A stretch of 64,000 nt of DNA from the human T2T-CHM13v2.0 reference genome, Homo sapiens: the NCBI RefSeq assembly GCF_009914755.1, contig NC_060937.1. One strand, 5' to 3'. The number at the start of each line of letters is the position of its first letter. The stretch's first letter is position 1. Positions 1 to 15,281 of the stretch are shown here, piece by piece. The position numbers and the translations under genes are program-made. The notes beneath the pieces were generated by a model. The model ran no database searches. It was not told where the DNA came from and was given only the letters and a program-made list of their open reading frames with translations.

Positions 1-1100
1 ATGAATATGGCTCATGGCCTTTGGTTGTGGAAAATAAAGAAATTAAAACCTTTTATGATACTGTTAAGTTTAATGCACACATTTAATAAATTAAATCAAT
101 TTAATATCTTTGATTACTTTCATTCCCTTTGATTTTCACAACTATATACACTTGCTGTGGGATGGTATCATAATGATACTTTAGTTGTTCCCTGATCCAG
201 ATTTTGTCATTGTTCAGCTTTTTTAAACAGTGGTATTACCACTATTTTTTTTTCCTGTCATTAAAAAAAAATTTAGAGGTTGAAAAGGCAAGGCTTATCC
301 AATTACTGCTTATTGGAAGTACTGTTTCTTCCTGTCATTAAATATTTCTTTATTTTTAACTTGGCTACAATTTTCAGACTGTTAGCATTGAATAAGCATT
401 CATTATTCATTCTCTAATTTCCAAAAATTTTAGAAACATCCAATCAAAAATAATGGGATGCATTCAACTTATAGATAACATATTAGGAGAAATATGTATG
501 ATATTCAACTTCATTGAACAGTTCAAGTGGGTAATGTATTGGAAATTTTATATTATCATACTGCTTTTGTAAATCTCTAAAAAAACGTCACCAAGTCAAC
601 TAAAAATCTGCCTGGGAATTGAGAATTCTCTTTTTTCCAGATAAAGACAAGGAAGATTAAAATAGAAACTTAATCTCATAGCTCAGGTCTCTATGCCATA
701 CTTGGCAAATTTTATCAATATGACTTTAGTTAGAAATAATTTGTAATGAAAATTGTGATGTTCTGAGCATCTTTTAAAATGTACATTAACAAAACAGTAT
801 TCAGAAACAAAGCTAAACCGGAAGCCTGAGAAGAAACAGTTATGGTCGGACATGAAATTTAGTAACAGACTTTTGGTAAATCATGTCAAATTGGGAAATT
901 TACCAAATATCCTATTTTTCTTAATCTGATGAAAAACAGATTTATTTTAAGTGACATAGAGTTCCTGGCATCAAACTTTTGGGGTAACTTATCACTCCTA
1001 AATAATGTTCATAACTGTGTTTTTATACTAGTTTGTAAAACACTTTAATAAGGTATCATAAGGTAGTATAAGGTTTATCTAATAGTTATTTCCATTTTAG

Positions 1101-1267
1101 GTTTGTATCCCTATACAGAGGACCATGTCATACATACAAAGTACAAAGACTTAATGAGTCAACATCCTATAAATTCTGTATTCAAGCTTGTAATGAAGCT
1201 GGGGAAGGTCCCCTCTCCCAAGAATATATTTTCACTACTCCAAAATCTGTCCCAGCTGCCTTGAAAG
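1101..1267 (+). CDS. FNDC3A: FNDC3A internal coding exon (FN3 domain)
   Basis: ttttag|G...TTGAAAG|gtaagt; 167 nt reading FVSLYRGPCHTYKVQRLNESTSYKFCIQACNEAGEGPLSQEYIFTTPKSVPAALK; typical FN3 Y-x-F-x-I-x-A-x-N-x-x-G pattern; phase fits next exon. Confidence 0.95.
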
Positions 1268-2022
1268 GTAAGTTATACATCCTGAACTTATTTTCTTTAT
1301 AATAAATTACTTTTTAATGTATTTTCATAAATGCTTTGTTTACTGATATTAAAATTTAGCATCCAGTATATGTCCACCAGTTATACAAAATCGTATAGGC
1401 AAGCCCAACTCTACTGAGAGTTCCACTCAATAATAAAAGCTGTTTTATCTGGCACGCTCATATTCAGACAAGTACTGGCTTTTGTCACTGATGTTTTTAA
1501 TAATGTAGCATAAAAATACTAAATTGAATAGGAAGGCTGGTTTTCTAATGAGGTCATTTGCTTAAAGAAAAAAATCACAAACTCTGGTTGTTTAAACGTT
1601 TTGAGTTATTGATATTACATTCATTTGGATTTCAGAAGGAAAGCTTGGTCATCTGTTAAGCAAAACAAATTCTTCATTAATGTGGGTTTTTCAATTAGTT
1701 TTACACACACATGTACACATATTTACACACATTTGTATATACATTTATCTTTTAATTTTAGAGGGGTTCTTATTTTAAAGTGACTCTGGCAAGGGCTACA
1801 CTCTATTTTTAGCTGAAAAGTCTATAAAGTTAATTGCTCTGAAGACTAATCACAGAGACTTCTAGAACCATATCCTAGATCATGTACTTAAACCTATCAT
1901 TTGTTAAACAGCAGAACTCTTCTTGACTAGTCTTTCTAATAATATTGAGTTTCACTGAGTCATTTTTCTGTTTGCTCATCAAGTTTAGTGTCTCTTAGCT
2001 TTAAGAAGAGTGCTGACTATAA

Positions 2023-2285
2023 GCAGGGCACAGTGGCTCACACCTATAAGCCCAGTGCTTTGGGAGACTGAAGTGGGAGGCTCACTTAAGGCCAGGAGTA
2101 TTGAGACCAACGTGGGCAACATACTGAGACCTGCCTCTCTACAAAAGAAATTTTGAATCAGCTGGGCATGGCAGCATATGCCTGTGTGTGTAGCTGCACA
2201 GGAGGCTGAGGCTGCATTGAGCTATGATCGCACCACTGTTGTCCAGGCTGGGTGACAGAGTGAGATCCCATATCTTAGAATACAA
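2023..2285 (+). mobile_element. Old Alu (AluJ-like)
   Basis: Alu body flanked by AAGAGTGCTGA direct repeats. Confidence 0.85.
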
Positions 2286-2457
2286 GAGTGCTGATTTTAA
2301 CCTCTTTGGATGCAAATTTCAAAAATTCACTGATACTTATTTCAAGTTTATAAGTGGATTTTAAATATTTGTTGATTTTTATTAAGACAAGTGTCTGCAT
2401 GATGTACCAAATTAAAAATCAAGTGGAACAGATATTATTTATATTTGTTTCCTACAG

Positions 2458-2585
2458 CCCCCAAAATAGAGAAAGTAAATGATCACATTTGTGAAATTAC
2501 ATGGGAGTGTTTACAGCCAATGAAAGGTGATCCAGTTATTTACAGTCTTCAAGTTATGTTGGGAAAAGATTCAGAATTCAAACAG
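2458..2585 (+). CDS. FNDC3A: FNDC3A penultimate coding exon
   Basis: cctacag|CC...AAACAG|gtatgt; 128 nt, (A)PKIEKVNDHICEITWECLQPMKGDPVIYSLQVMLGKDSEFKQ; phases consistent on both sides. Confidence 0.95.
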
Positions 2586-2769
2586 GTATGTACCAAGATA
2601 TTAATGTGTGGATGCATATTTTTACCCTTTTTTAATTTTTATGTATTTTCAGTGTAAGATTTGGCCATCTTTACCTTTTAATTCATAAATATTTATTCAG
2701 TATATATTATGTTCCAGAGATCTCAAGATTCCAAATCTTTTCAGTATGAACTACACTTGAACAGATTAT

Positions 2770-3400
2770 TCATTTATCTGATAAGTATTCATTGAATTCT
2801 GTGCCAGGCACTCAGGATATAGCACTGAACAAAAAGTCCCTTGCCTCCATGGAGCTTACTTACATTCTGGTGGAAAAGAAGACACTATAAGCAAGTAAAC
2901 ATGACAATATATTGTCAGATATAAGTGTAATGGAGAAAAAACAAAATTGGATAAAAGAAATAGGGAGTGGAGGGGGAGGGCACTGAGTGTTATTTCATTT
3001 GGGGCACTCAGCTGACATTTCAGCATGGCCCAGAGGAGATGACTATGGAGAGAAGAGTGTTCCAAGAAGATACGCTGAGGCAGGAACATGCCTATTAAAT
3101 CTGATGAACATAAAGGAGCCAATATGACTGGATGGAGAGAGCAAAGGGAAGAGTTGATAAGGTCGGATAGTTAATCCTAAGGGGCCTATAGGTGGTATGG
3201 AGTGACGTAAGGCATAATAGGCCATACTGTGGCTTTTACTCCACGTGAAATGAGAAGACAGTGGAGGATTTTGACCAGGGTATTCACGTGATCAGACACA
3301 ACGTTGTTTTGACTATAGTGTTGAAACTACAGTAGGACAAGGGCAGAACTAGAAAGACTAATAAGGAGGCTTTTACAATAATAGTATTAATAATAGTCAT
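2770..3400. mobile_element. Degenerate L2-like fragment
   Basis: tgtgccaggcactc...ccatggagctt...tgtggcttttactccacgtgaaatgag motifs; boundaries approximate. Confidence 0.55.
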
Positions 3401-4734
3401 AATGCAGTGCTGTAAATATGACATTAGGCATGAAGTTATAATGGAAACCTAGAGGAATTGTCACCTTCCTAGCCAAGAGGTTTCAAAGATAGCTTTCTGA
3501 TAAAGCAAGAATAGCAGTGAGATAGAGTGGAGTGTTGCCAATGTTTGTTACAACTTTTAAAAAGAATAAGCTTTTATACCACTCCAAAGACTAATTAAAT
3601 ACCTATACATTTCACCTGATTTTCCCTTTTTCCTGTAACCTTAATTTTGAGGGCTTTTAAGCTGGGTTGTTTTCATTGTGTCTTATATTTTCCTCTTCCA
3701 CTAAAAAAAAGATCCTTCATTTGTTTTATTCCAGTATTGTGCTATTGTAACCACTCTATGTAATATCTTAACTGAAATTACAAAAGATCCAAAGAGTCAG
3801 ATTAAATCTGGCATGCAATTGTTTTTCTTTATTAAGCCATCTGCAAATTGACAGGATAATTAGATTTGAAATGTAATTTACAGATAAGTAGGTTTCCTTC
3901 TAAGGAGGAAGCAAAATTAATATTAAAGAAAATATAATTGTATTACACGTTTAAAGGAAATAGGGATTCCACATTTGAGTAGTATATGAATAACCTTAAG
4001 GCTTGTTTGAATGACTTTTCTTGGGTGTATAAACCTTCTGAAATTAGCTTGAGCAGGTTAATCTGTTTTCTTCAGTCCTGTATTTACAGTTACCTGTGTC
4101 TCTTCCTGCTTAGAGGTCTTCCCACATCTGAAATACAAAATTGAAAACTTGATCCCATCATCTTCCCTCCCAGTATCTCCTCTCCAACATCTTTACTTCA
4201 TCAGTGTCATAGACACCAATATCATCTTGGTCTCCAAGCTTTAAATTCTTAGATGAATTTTTTTTTCCTATCAACTCTTAATCAGAATTTGTTTCTAAAT
4301 CCATAAAACTACATCAGGGCCTCATCACTTTTTACATGTACATCAAGAGTCCCTGTCCTACTCAGCTCCCTTCAGTCCTTCACACAGCCTCACGATTAGG
4401 ATTCCATAAACACTGTTTTAATGTCACACACCTACAGTGGTCCCTTTTGAATTAACCTAAATTTCCAACTAGTGTAATTAATGTATTCTTCCTCTTTGTA
4501 CCAGATCTCTTATCACCCTCATGCCATTTGTTGAGGTTTTTCTTTCTTAACCTAATACTGCCAGGCTCATGGAATGGTATATGAAGACACATGGAAAGTA
4601 TAAAGACAAAAATCATCTATTATATCCATAAGACAAATACATATTTTTAATTTTTACTCAATTTACTTCAGTGTTATGTATACAATTTTACACTACTTTA
4701 TCATACAACATTCTGTTTTAAGTGAATCCTTTTA

Positions 4735-4960
4735 CAGGTTGAAGCATCCCAAATAAAGTCCAAAATTCAAAATGTTCCACCCAAAATCTGAAACTTTTTG
4801 AGGATCGATATGACACTCAAAGGAAATGCTCATTGGAGCATTTCCAATTTCAGATTTTTGGGTTTGGAATGCTCAACTAGTAAATATGCAACTATTCCAA
4901 AATCAAAAAAATTGAAATGCTTCTGGTTCCAAGCATTTCTTATAAGGGATACCCAACCTG
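4735..4960. mobile_element. MER46/Tigger4-type MITE (Tc1/mariner)
   Basis: TA|CAGGTTG...CAACCTG|TA terminal inverted repeats with TA TSD; internal ctcaaaggaaatgctcattggagcatttc. Confidence 0.85.
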
Positions 4961-5269
4961 TACCATCTCCCAAACATGGATCATTTCTACATTCTATTCC
5001 CTGAAACATTATGCATCCTTAGAACTAATGTATAGTCACCATTTTCTTTCAGATTTATCTTAAAGCTTCTTTCAGTAAGTTCCTTTATATATTGTTATCA
5101 GCATCCACATTTTTATTTATTGCCAATAATTCACTAATTTAATGTCCTTTTATTAAGTACCTACTATATGCTAGATTCTGGAGACAGAAAAATGAGACAG
5201 AGATCTTACTTTACTTTGAGAGCAAAGCAATATGTAAAAATTTAGATTTACATCACAGGTACAATTGAG

Positions 5270-5640
5270 GCAGCTAAAAGTACTTGAAAGCCCCCATGTG
5301 TTGGTTCTTCTGACTTGTAGCCCACCAACTAACTGGAGAAACTCAACTGACAAGTCATTTAACCCTATGAACCTTGGTTTTCTCAATTACAGAATGAGTG
5401 GTGGGAGGTTGCTCATTATTGGAAATGATAGCTCCTACAGATTGAGCAGTGACTGCATGCTGAGCACTGCGCTAAGTGCTTTAACAAGCATTAGTTCATT
5501 TCATCCTCATAATTATCATACATGTTAACTACTAGTATGTCTGTTATACTAAGGTAGTTGGTCTAAAATCACATCTGGAGTGTGAAGTGGTAGAGCAGAC
5601 CTTGGATGCCAGGGGTGAACAGTTCTAGTATATAGCTTCT
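5270..5640. mobile_element. MIR fragments
   Basis: MIR core-like caagtcatttaacc...ggttttctc and gctaagtgctttaaca...catcctcataat. Confidence 0.55.
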
Positions 5641-5643
5641 TAA

Positions 5644-5774
5644 CTTATTTATGCCTAGTGTTCCATTATTGGAACACTAAGCTTGTGGTAGTTATTTATA
5701 TCTCACTGATCAAGGTTATTGCCAAGGTCTGATTTTTCACAAAAAAAAAATTTGCAACCTCTGGCATAAATGGG
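5644..5774 (+). mobile_element. MER85 piggyBac-derived MITE
   Basis: TTAA (5640-5643)|CTTATTTATGCC...GGCATAAATGGG|TTAA (5775-5778); internal GTTCCATTATTGGAAC palindrome. Confidence 0.92.
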
Positions 5775-6386
5775 TTAATTACTAGCACATTCCTCTGAAA
5801 ATCCGTGGAATTTCATTCTTTTTATTTCCCTTGTGAGGCATGGCAGAGGAGGTCCTATTTTCTGATTCTAAGTGATCTCCCCTCTCTGGTTTATACAGTG
5901 ATTTGCCATAGGCACCTATAGAAAGCTCCCCTTATTCATTTTCCATTTCATTGTACAGATATGTTTGAAATTATATGGAAATTTATCAGTTATACAAAGA
6001 CATAATGGGGGAAGCAAAAGTAGACACTATCCCTTCTTTGATGGAATGATTGCATTGAAAAATGACTTCTTACATTTGAGAAAAGCAAGAAAATGCTTGA
6101 GGACCGATTTTGCTTGTTCTCTAGCTGCCCTGGGGCACATCTGCACTCCTTAATTCATCTGTGAACCGTATAAGGGTAGATCCTCGCTTTTGAAATTTCT
6201 CTTGCCCCTATGCAACAAACAGATAAGTACTTTAATGGACAGGTATTTTTAACATGTCATTTAAAAGATAAAATCAATGGCATTCACTGGCTTTCACATG
6301 AAAAACAATTCTAACACTAGCCAGTTTTAACACATTTTCTGTCCAGCCTTCACACGTAATTCTTCCTTCTAATATTTTATTAACAG

Positions 6387-6701
6387 ATTTACAAGGGTCC
6401 CGACTCTTCCTTCCGGTATTCCAGCCTTCAGCTGAACTGTGAATATCGCTTCCGTGTATGTGCCATTCGCCAGTGCCAAGACTCTCTGGGACACCAGGAC
6501 CTCGTAGGTCCCTACAGCACCACAGTGCTCTTCATCTCTCAGAGGACTGAACCACCAGCCAGCACCAACAGAGACACTGTGGAAAGCACAAGGACCCGAC
6601 GGGCACTGAGTGACGAGCAGTGTGCTGCCGTCATCCTTGTGCTGTTTGCTTTCTTTTCCATTTTGATTGCCTTTATCATTCAGTACTTTGTAATCAAGTG
6701 A
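6387..6701 (+). CDS. FNDC3A: FNDC3A last coding exon: end of last FN3 domain plus C-terminal transmembrane tail anchor
   Basis: ttaacag|ATTTAC; IYKGPDSSFRYSSLQLNCEYRFRVCAIRQC...EQCAAVILVLFAFFSILIAFIIQYFVIK, TGA at 6699-6701. Confidence 0.96.
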   Translation: MYKGPDSSFRYSSLQLNCEYRFRVCAIRQCQDSLGHQDLVGPYSTTVLFISQRTEPPASTNRDTVESTRTRRALSDEQCAAVILVLFAFFSILIAFIIQYFVIK

Positions 6702-9090
6702 AAATATAACTTTATTTTTTAACTCTATTACATTTTATTTTGTCATGTACTAAAATTATTTCTGTATTGCTTTTATAAAAAACAGTGGCATTTAGCACTG
6801 GCATTGAGACTATAGCACATCATTTTTGCCATTTTCAGTGCTTATATTGTTAGGTAGAGGCTGGCACTTTATTAGAATGCAAGCCACAAAAATATCAATT
6901 TTGTTTTTTTTGTTAGGGTGGGTCTTCTTTTTTTCTTTCCCTCTCTCTTTTTTTAACAAATGCCTTCTTATAGAAAAACTTTCTAAGAGGCAACAATTTA
7001 GAATGGATATTTTGACGAATCGGCATGAGTGTAACAGTGATAACCTGATCTGTTTGTTTTAAAGATTATTACCAAGTGAAAAATTCAGAATGAATAGAAT
7101 TTACACTAACATGCTATATAAAATGTTAAAGTCTGATGCTGTGAAAGCAATCTAGTGCTATATTTCTACCTCCTCATTTGTCTTAATTATTTGGTAAGTG
7201 GGATTATGATGAGTAACTGGAGGGGCTTAGAAACAAAAACTGGATGAAAGAGTATGCATGAAGAAAAGCTTCTTTGATAAATGTGGAGTTCTTCATTATA
7301 AATATATATTCATGAATTCACAGATAAGTACTTAAAGAACAGACAGTTTACTTGGCCTAAAAATATTTTGATGTTTACTCAAAAAGTACCTCTTCAGGTC
7401 TTGAGAACATGGAAAAGAATTGAGTGCTTTTAAATACTTTTTAGAAAGTAATCATAAAAGTAAATTGAATTTCAAACCTATTTGGCTTCTGTTTTGTGAA
7501 CCTTTGAACTATATGTATGTGTATAAGGGTATACACATACATATATGGCATATAACAAGTGTACACATATACACATAACAAGTGTAGAAGTATATATTAC
7601 ATACATACACTCACTCTGTCTGGTATAGGCTAATTTTGAAGAACTCCCATAAGTTTCTGCTGCTTCTCCCATAACTGCTGCCACCACCATCAGAATTCAT
7701 AATCAAACCTAACCTTTTTGTTTGGGGCACCAAATCTGAAGACAAAATTAATTTGCACCAGTAAACTTCAAGCTGCTTTCTTTCTTGAAAACTAAACGTT
7801 TAACGTATAATGTCTGTTTGGATACTGTTCCAAATTGTTGATTGCATGTGGTTAATGTTGCATTAGAGCACTTTGCAATTGCATAATTCATTAATGTTTT
7901 GTGAGCTTGCATTTGTGAGTTATTGGATGATCAGACTGAATTTTGTCAAGTATCACATTGTACATCTTGCCTAGATGTCGATGACTGCAAGTAATAATAC
8001 AGTTTATAATGAAACTATCTACAATTCTTGTTTTAGCACATCTGTTATCCGTAAAACACCTGTAACTAGCTTTTTTAATTTATTATTTGAATTTTAGGAT
8101 AGCGAATCACTAATTTTTAGTTGCTGAGGTTGGCATTTTAGTGATTATTAAGCACTTCTGTCAGTCTTTGAAAAAAGAACGTATTTTTTGTGCTTTGAAG
8201 ATCTCTGAAGAATTTCTTTTATAATAGAATGGGCATGTATTGTAACAGTTTTATGTCAAATGATCTGTGCTGTAGAAAAACATTAACCCTTGTTCAAAAA
8301 AGAAATGGATAAACTTGGCCTTTCTAAGTGGTAAGAATGACCTGTCACTATAATATACTGTATGTTTACATTTTATTTAAATTTAATCTCTTATGTATAG
8401 GGTGATAACCTTCCCCAGAAACAACAGTGATTGCGATTGTTTTCTAGAAACTTCTTTAAAGTGCCACATTTGGCAGTACAAATGAGTCTGAGTGTAATAG
8501 CCCAGAGATTTATATATAGTTGAATGTCTAAAATGGTAAAATGTGCCACTGTGTCAAGTTACAGTGGCTTATGTTTTTCATAGTAATTCAAATGAACTTC
8601 CTATTTTTGATAGTAAATGTCATTTAATAGTATACTTGCCATTTGAGCCTCACTGCAAAATTAGTGCAGAGGAGAAAACAATTTTTAATGTAATCTTGAT
8701 TTTACCTCATATACTGTACATTCCAAAAACTCTAAACTTTTTAAAGATTATAGATACACTACCAAACATATCACCTTAAAATTGTATAAGGCTGAATGAA
8801 CTTCATACAAATGAAAAAAATCTCATAAAAATACATAAACTATGTAGCAAAAGTATCTGTAAAATCCATGGAAAATAAAAGTTGTATCATTCTTTTTGAG
8901 ATACGTTTATTGTATTCATATATATTCATTATTTGCTACCTGTTTAAGAAAGTGAAATGTTATGGTCTCCCCTCTTCCAATGAGCTTAAAACATTTTTCC
9001 CAACAGTATATAAATCTTCAACATGAGAGGATGTATATTTATTATATAAAGCCCAGTAAAGAATAAAATTAGAAGTTTTATCCTAGTGAC
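6702..9090 (+). other. FNDC3A: FNDC3A 3'UTR (~2.4 kb, AT-rich, no obvious interspersed repeats)
   Basis: Follows the stop; AATAAA at 8874-8879 and 9062-9067; exact cleavage site inferred. Confidence 0.8.
9062..9067 (+). terminator. Distal FNDC3A polyadenylation signal (proximal candidate at 8874-8879)
   Basis: AATAAA followed ~25 nt later by T/GT-rich ttgattttgtg. Confidence 0.7.
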
Positions 9091-9376
9091 TTGATTTTGT
9101 GCAACTCATGAAATATCTTACTTCCTTTCCACATATAAAGAATACAGTGAGTCTAAGGTAAACTTCCCAGTGGGAAGAAAATCCCTAACCTCTCCTTGCC
9201 TTTCCCACATCCCTATTTTCTAGTACCTTCTTTCGCCCACCACCAGAGGCCCAGAACCTTCCTGGTAGTGGCACTGCTGGGTCTGCCTTCCACCAGAAAA
9301 TCCAACATTCTCTCACTCATCCCCCATTAAAATTTCCATCCCAAGAACTTCCTCCTGGGGATGGACACTCAGTGCC

Positions 9377-11624
<2,248 letters not shown>

Positions 11625-11978
11625 ACTCAGTGCTTTTAAAATCCATGTAGATCTCTTAATTGCCACAACTCCAAGGACCGTGATAGAGTTTAAAATGTTG
11701 GGCTGGGGAAGGAGAGTCCGGAAATAGGAACATCACAGAAGCAGCTAAGCATGAGTCCAGGTTTGAGTGGGGTATGATACTGATTTGACAGTATGATTGC
11801 ACGTCACCTCTTTTTTTTCTGTAGATTGGAAATAGGAGTCTTTTGCATCCTGTTTGAGCATTCCATGGGTTGGTTTCCAACACAAATCCCTTGCTTCTCA
11901 CCATTATAAGATTATTTCTGCAGGAAGATTCCATTGACGTGGTGGCTCAAGGAGGCAAACAGGCTTCAAAAGAAAATA

Positions 11979-12350
<372 letters not shown>

Positions 12351-13299
12351 TTAGAGAGTTTTTAAGTGTTCTATTTTCATATACATTTTGTAAGTATATG
12401 CCGTTGAGAATGTGTATCCCTTTTGTTTATTTATCATTTTCTCTCTGATGCTCCTAAGGCGGGAGAAAAAACTTGGAGGAAAAAAAGAAAATCAACCAAA
12501 GAACCAAGATTTCAACAAGGTGGTCATCAAATTCTGTGTCCAGAGTGGTGCCTTCAAATGTTTAGATGCTGTAATGGCTATTTTTTGTCTCATAAACGGG
12601 GCTATTGTGCCATTTCCACTTACTACGGGAAATTTGCCAAGAGAAAAGGGTTTCAAAACTGAACAGATTTTGAAGCCACATGGCCCATTCAAATCATTAT
12701 GGCTAGGATCTGTCAACCATTTAATGTGTTGTAAGCATTATGTTCAGTTCTTTACCTTGGGCATCTCATACAGTCCTCTTAATTGCTCTAGTAAGCATTA
12801 TCTGCAGCACAGAGAAGTCGAGCTCTCTGCCACAGGTCTCATGGCTAATAAATGATGAAGCTGGGGTTTGATCCAGGTCTGGGGCTCCCACACTTGACCA
12901 CTATCCTCTGCTGTCTGGCCCAAAATTTACAAACTCTAGGAAATCAAAATTAATATGAATTGACTTTAATAGTGCGTTTATGATAGCATTTATTGATTGA
13001 GTACCACCTGTTTGCTAGGCAATGTGCTAAGCACTTCCTCATATGCAAAACAAGCCACAGCCCTCTAAGGACTGAACAGAAAGAAATCAGATGAGAAGAA
13101 TCTGGTATAAGCATAACAGACTAAATGAGAAACCCTAATTTCTTTCCTCTTGAATTTCATCCCCTGATACTTTTACTACCATTTTGAGCCCACACTCAAT
13201 CCTTAAGGCTAGCCCATCTTAAATATTAATCCAAGGATGAAAACGCCATTTTTGCCACTTACCGCAACTAAGACAAGCTGACATTTTCAAAAATGAATA

Positions 13300-13605
13300 T
13301 AGCTACCATGTGGACCAACCTCAAAAACACACTACAATGAAGGAAGCCAGACACAGAAAGTCACATATTATACAATTCCATTTGTATTAAATATCCAGAA
13401 TGAGTAAATCCATAGAGACAGATTAGTGGATGCCAGGGCTGGAGGGAGGAGGAAATGGGGAGTAACTGCCCAGTGGGTGCTGGGTTGATGGAAATGCTTA
13501 GGAGCCAGACAGAGGTAGTGGTTGCACAACTCTGAGGGCACTAAATGCCAGTAAGTTTGTCACTTCAGAATGGTTAATTTTATGTGAATTTCACCTGAAT
13601 TGCTT
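13300..13605 (+). mobile_element. L1M(B)-type 3' end fragment
   Basis: gaagccagacacagaaagtcacatat...atggttaattttatgtgaatttcacc. Confidence 0.75.
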
Positions 13606-13704
13606 AAGAAGGGAATATAAAACCTATAAACTGATACACAGGTAACATAAGACTAGAGAATCCTGGGCATCAAGTCCATAAAACTGACGTAGTCAGTAAG
13701 TTCA

Positions 13705-14698
13705 TTTTGCTAAGGACAGAGGCCAACTTGTCTCTTTTTTCTCAAACTCCCACACCTCCCAGGATGCTACCACTCCTTTCAGCCTGTGACATGTGCCTGG
13801 CTTACAACTGAATATTTTATGGATGTCCTTGAGTGTGATTAAACAATTTCGCCTGCCCACACCCAAGTTATCAGCTCTATCTCATTCTTAATCCTTCTAG
13901 GATGACACAGAGGTCTTAAAGAAGAAATTACCTTTTCAGTTTCACAGTTAATCAATGGCAGCAGCTGCACAGTAAGAATGCTCGTATGCAGTAGTGTAAG
14001 GCCTATAACCTCTTCCCACCCACGCTTCCAAGGGCTTGCTCCCTCTCCACCATCCCCCTTGGTAATTGTTGCCACGCTGAGCCTGTCTGTCTCTCAGGAG
14101 AAACTGGGACTAACAGAAAAACTGCTAAAGCAACAGCCACAGAGTAACAGGAATCTGCACTCCACAAAAGTCTTGCCTGAATTTGCCCTGCCGTGTCCCT
14201 GCTGTGTAAAAAGAAAACCTAGGAAAGACTGAGCCCCTGGTCAATGTGGCGGTCAGGTCCTGGCGGTGAGATTGGGAAATAGCTGGCCTTGAACTTCTCT
14301 GCCAGGGGCTCCCTTCCAGGGCCAGCTTTGCTACCTCTGCATTTTACTAAAGATACCATTTCCTGGTGCCTGGGGTCTAGAGGACCCAGTGGGTCATGTG
14401 AATGAGGAAGGGGCTGAGTGTGAAGCCACAGATGCCCTGTGTGTGGTGACAGCTGTGAGGTGCCTGCAGAGTGGCACCAGCCTACAGGCTGCAGGTGGCA
14501 GTCTTTGGGGAACATGAGCTCAGAGCTGCCACAGCTTCCGGTTTTGCAAGACAATGCTTCCTTCTCAAACTCCCACACCTCCCCGGATGTTACCACTCCT
14601 CTCAGCCTGCGGCACGTGCCTGGTTTACAACAATATTTTATGGATGTCCTTGGGAGCTATTAAAGAATTTGGTCTGCCTAGGCCCAAGATATCATGCT
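13705..14698 (+). repeat. Dispersed direct repeat, ~160 bp copies at ~13705-13876 and ~14542-14698
   Basis: Core ttctcaaactcccacacctccc...aatattttatggatgtccttg aligns at 13739-13831 and 14562-14652; flanks align more weakly. Confidence 0.85.
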
Positions 14699-14762
14699 GA
14701 CAATCTGGAACTTTACCTGAAATTTCCCAATTGTAAAAGGTTGGTTCAAAACATTATGAAAT

Positions 14763-14885
14763 GGCCAGGCTCGGTGGCTCACATCTGTATTCCCAGCACT
14801 TTGGGAGGCAGAGGAGGGTGGATCACTTGAGCCCAGGAGTTCAAGAGCAGCCTGGGCAATCTAGGGAGACCCCCATCTCTACAAA
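14763..14885 (+). mobile_element. Alu left monomer (FLAM-like)
   Basis: ggccaggctcggtggctcac...ccatctctacaaa with no right arm. Confidence 0.8.
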
Positions 14886-14952
14886 CTTCATGCCTTGCTC
14901 TTATGTGGGGAAAAGAGTGTAAAGCCTGTGGAGTGTTTACAAGTTTACATAA

Positions 14953-15281
<329 letters not shown>

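Noticed and set aside
12412-12855. 147-aa ORF in apparently unique DNA
   Set aside because: Non-ATG start, no recognisable domain, tail runs into MIR-like sequence; the region could still be regulatory but the sequence alone does not show it.
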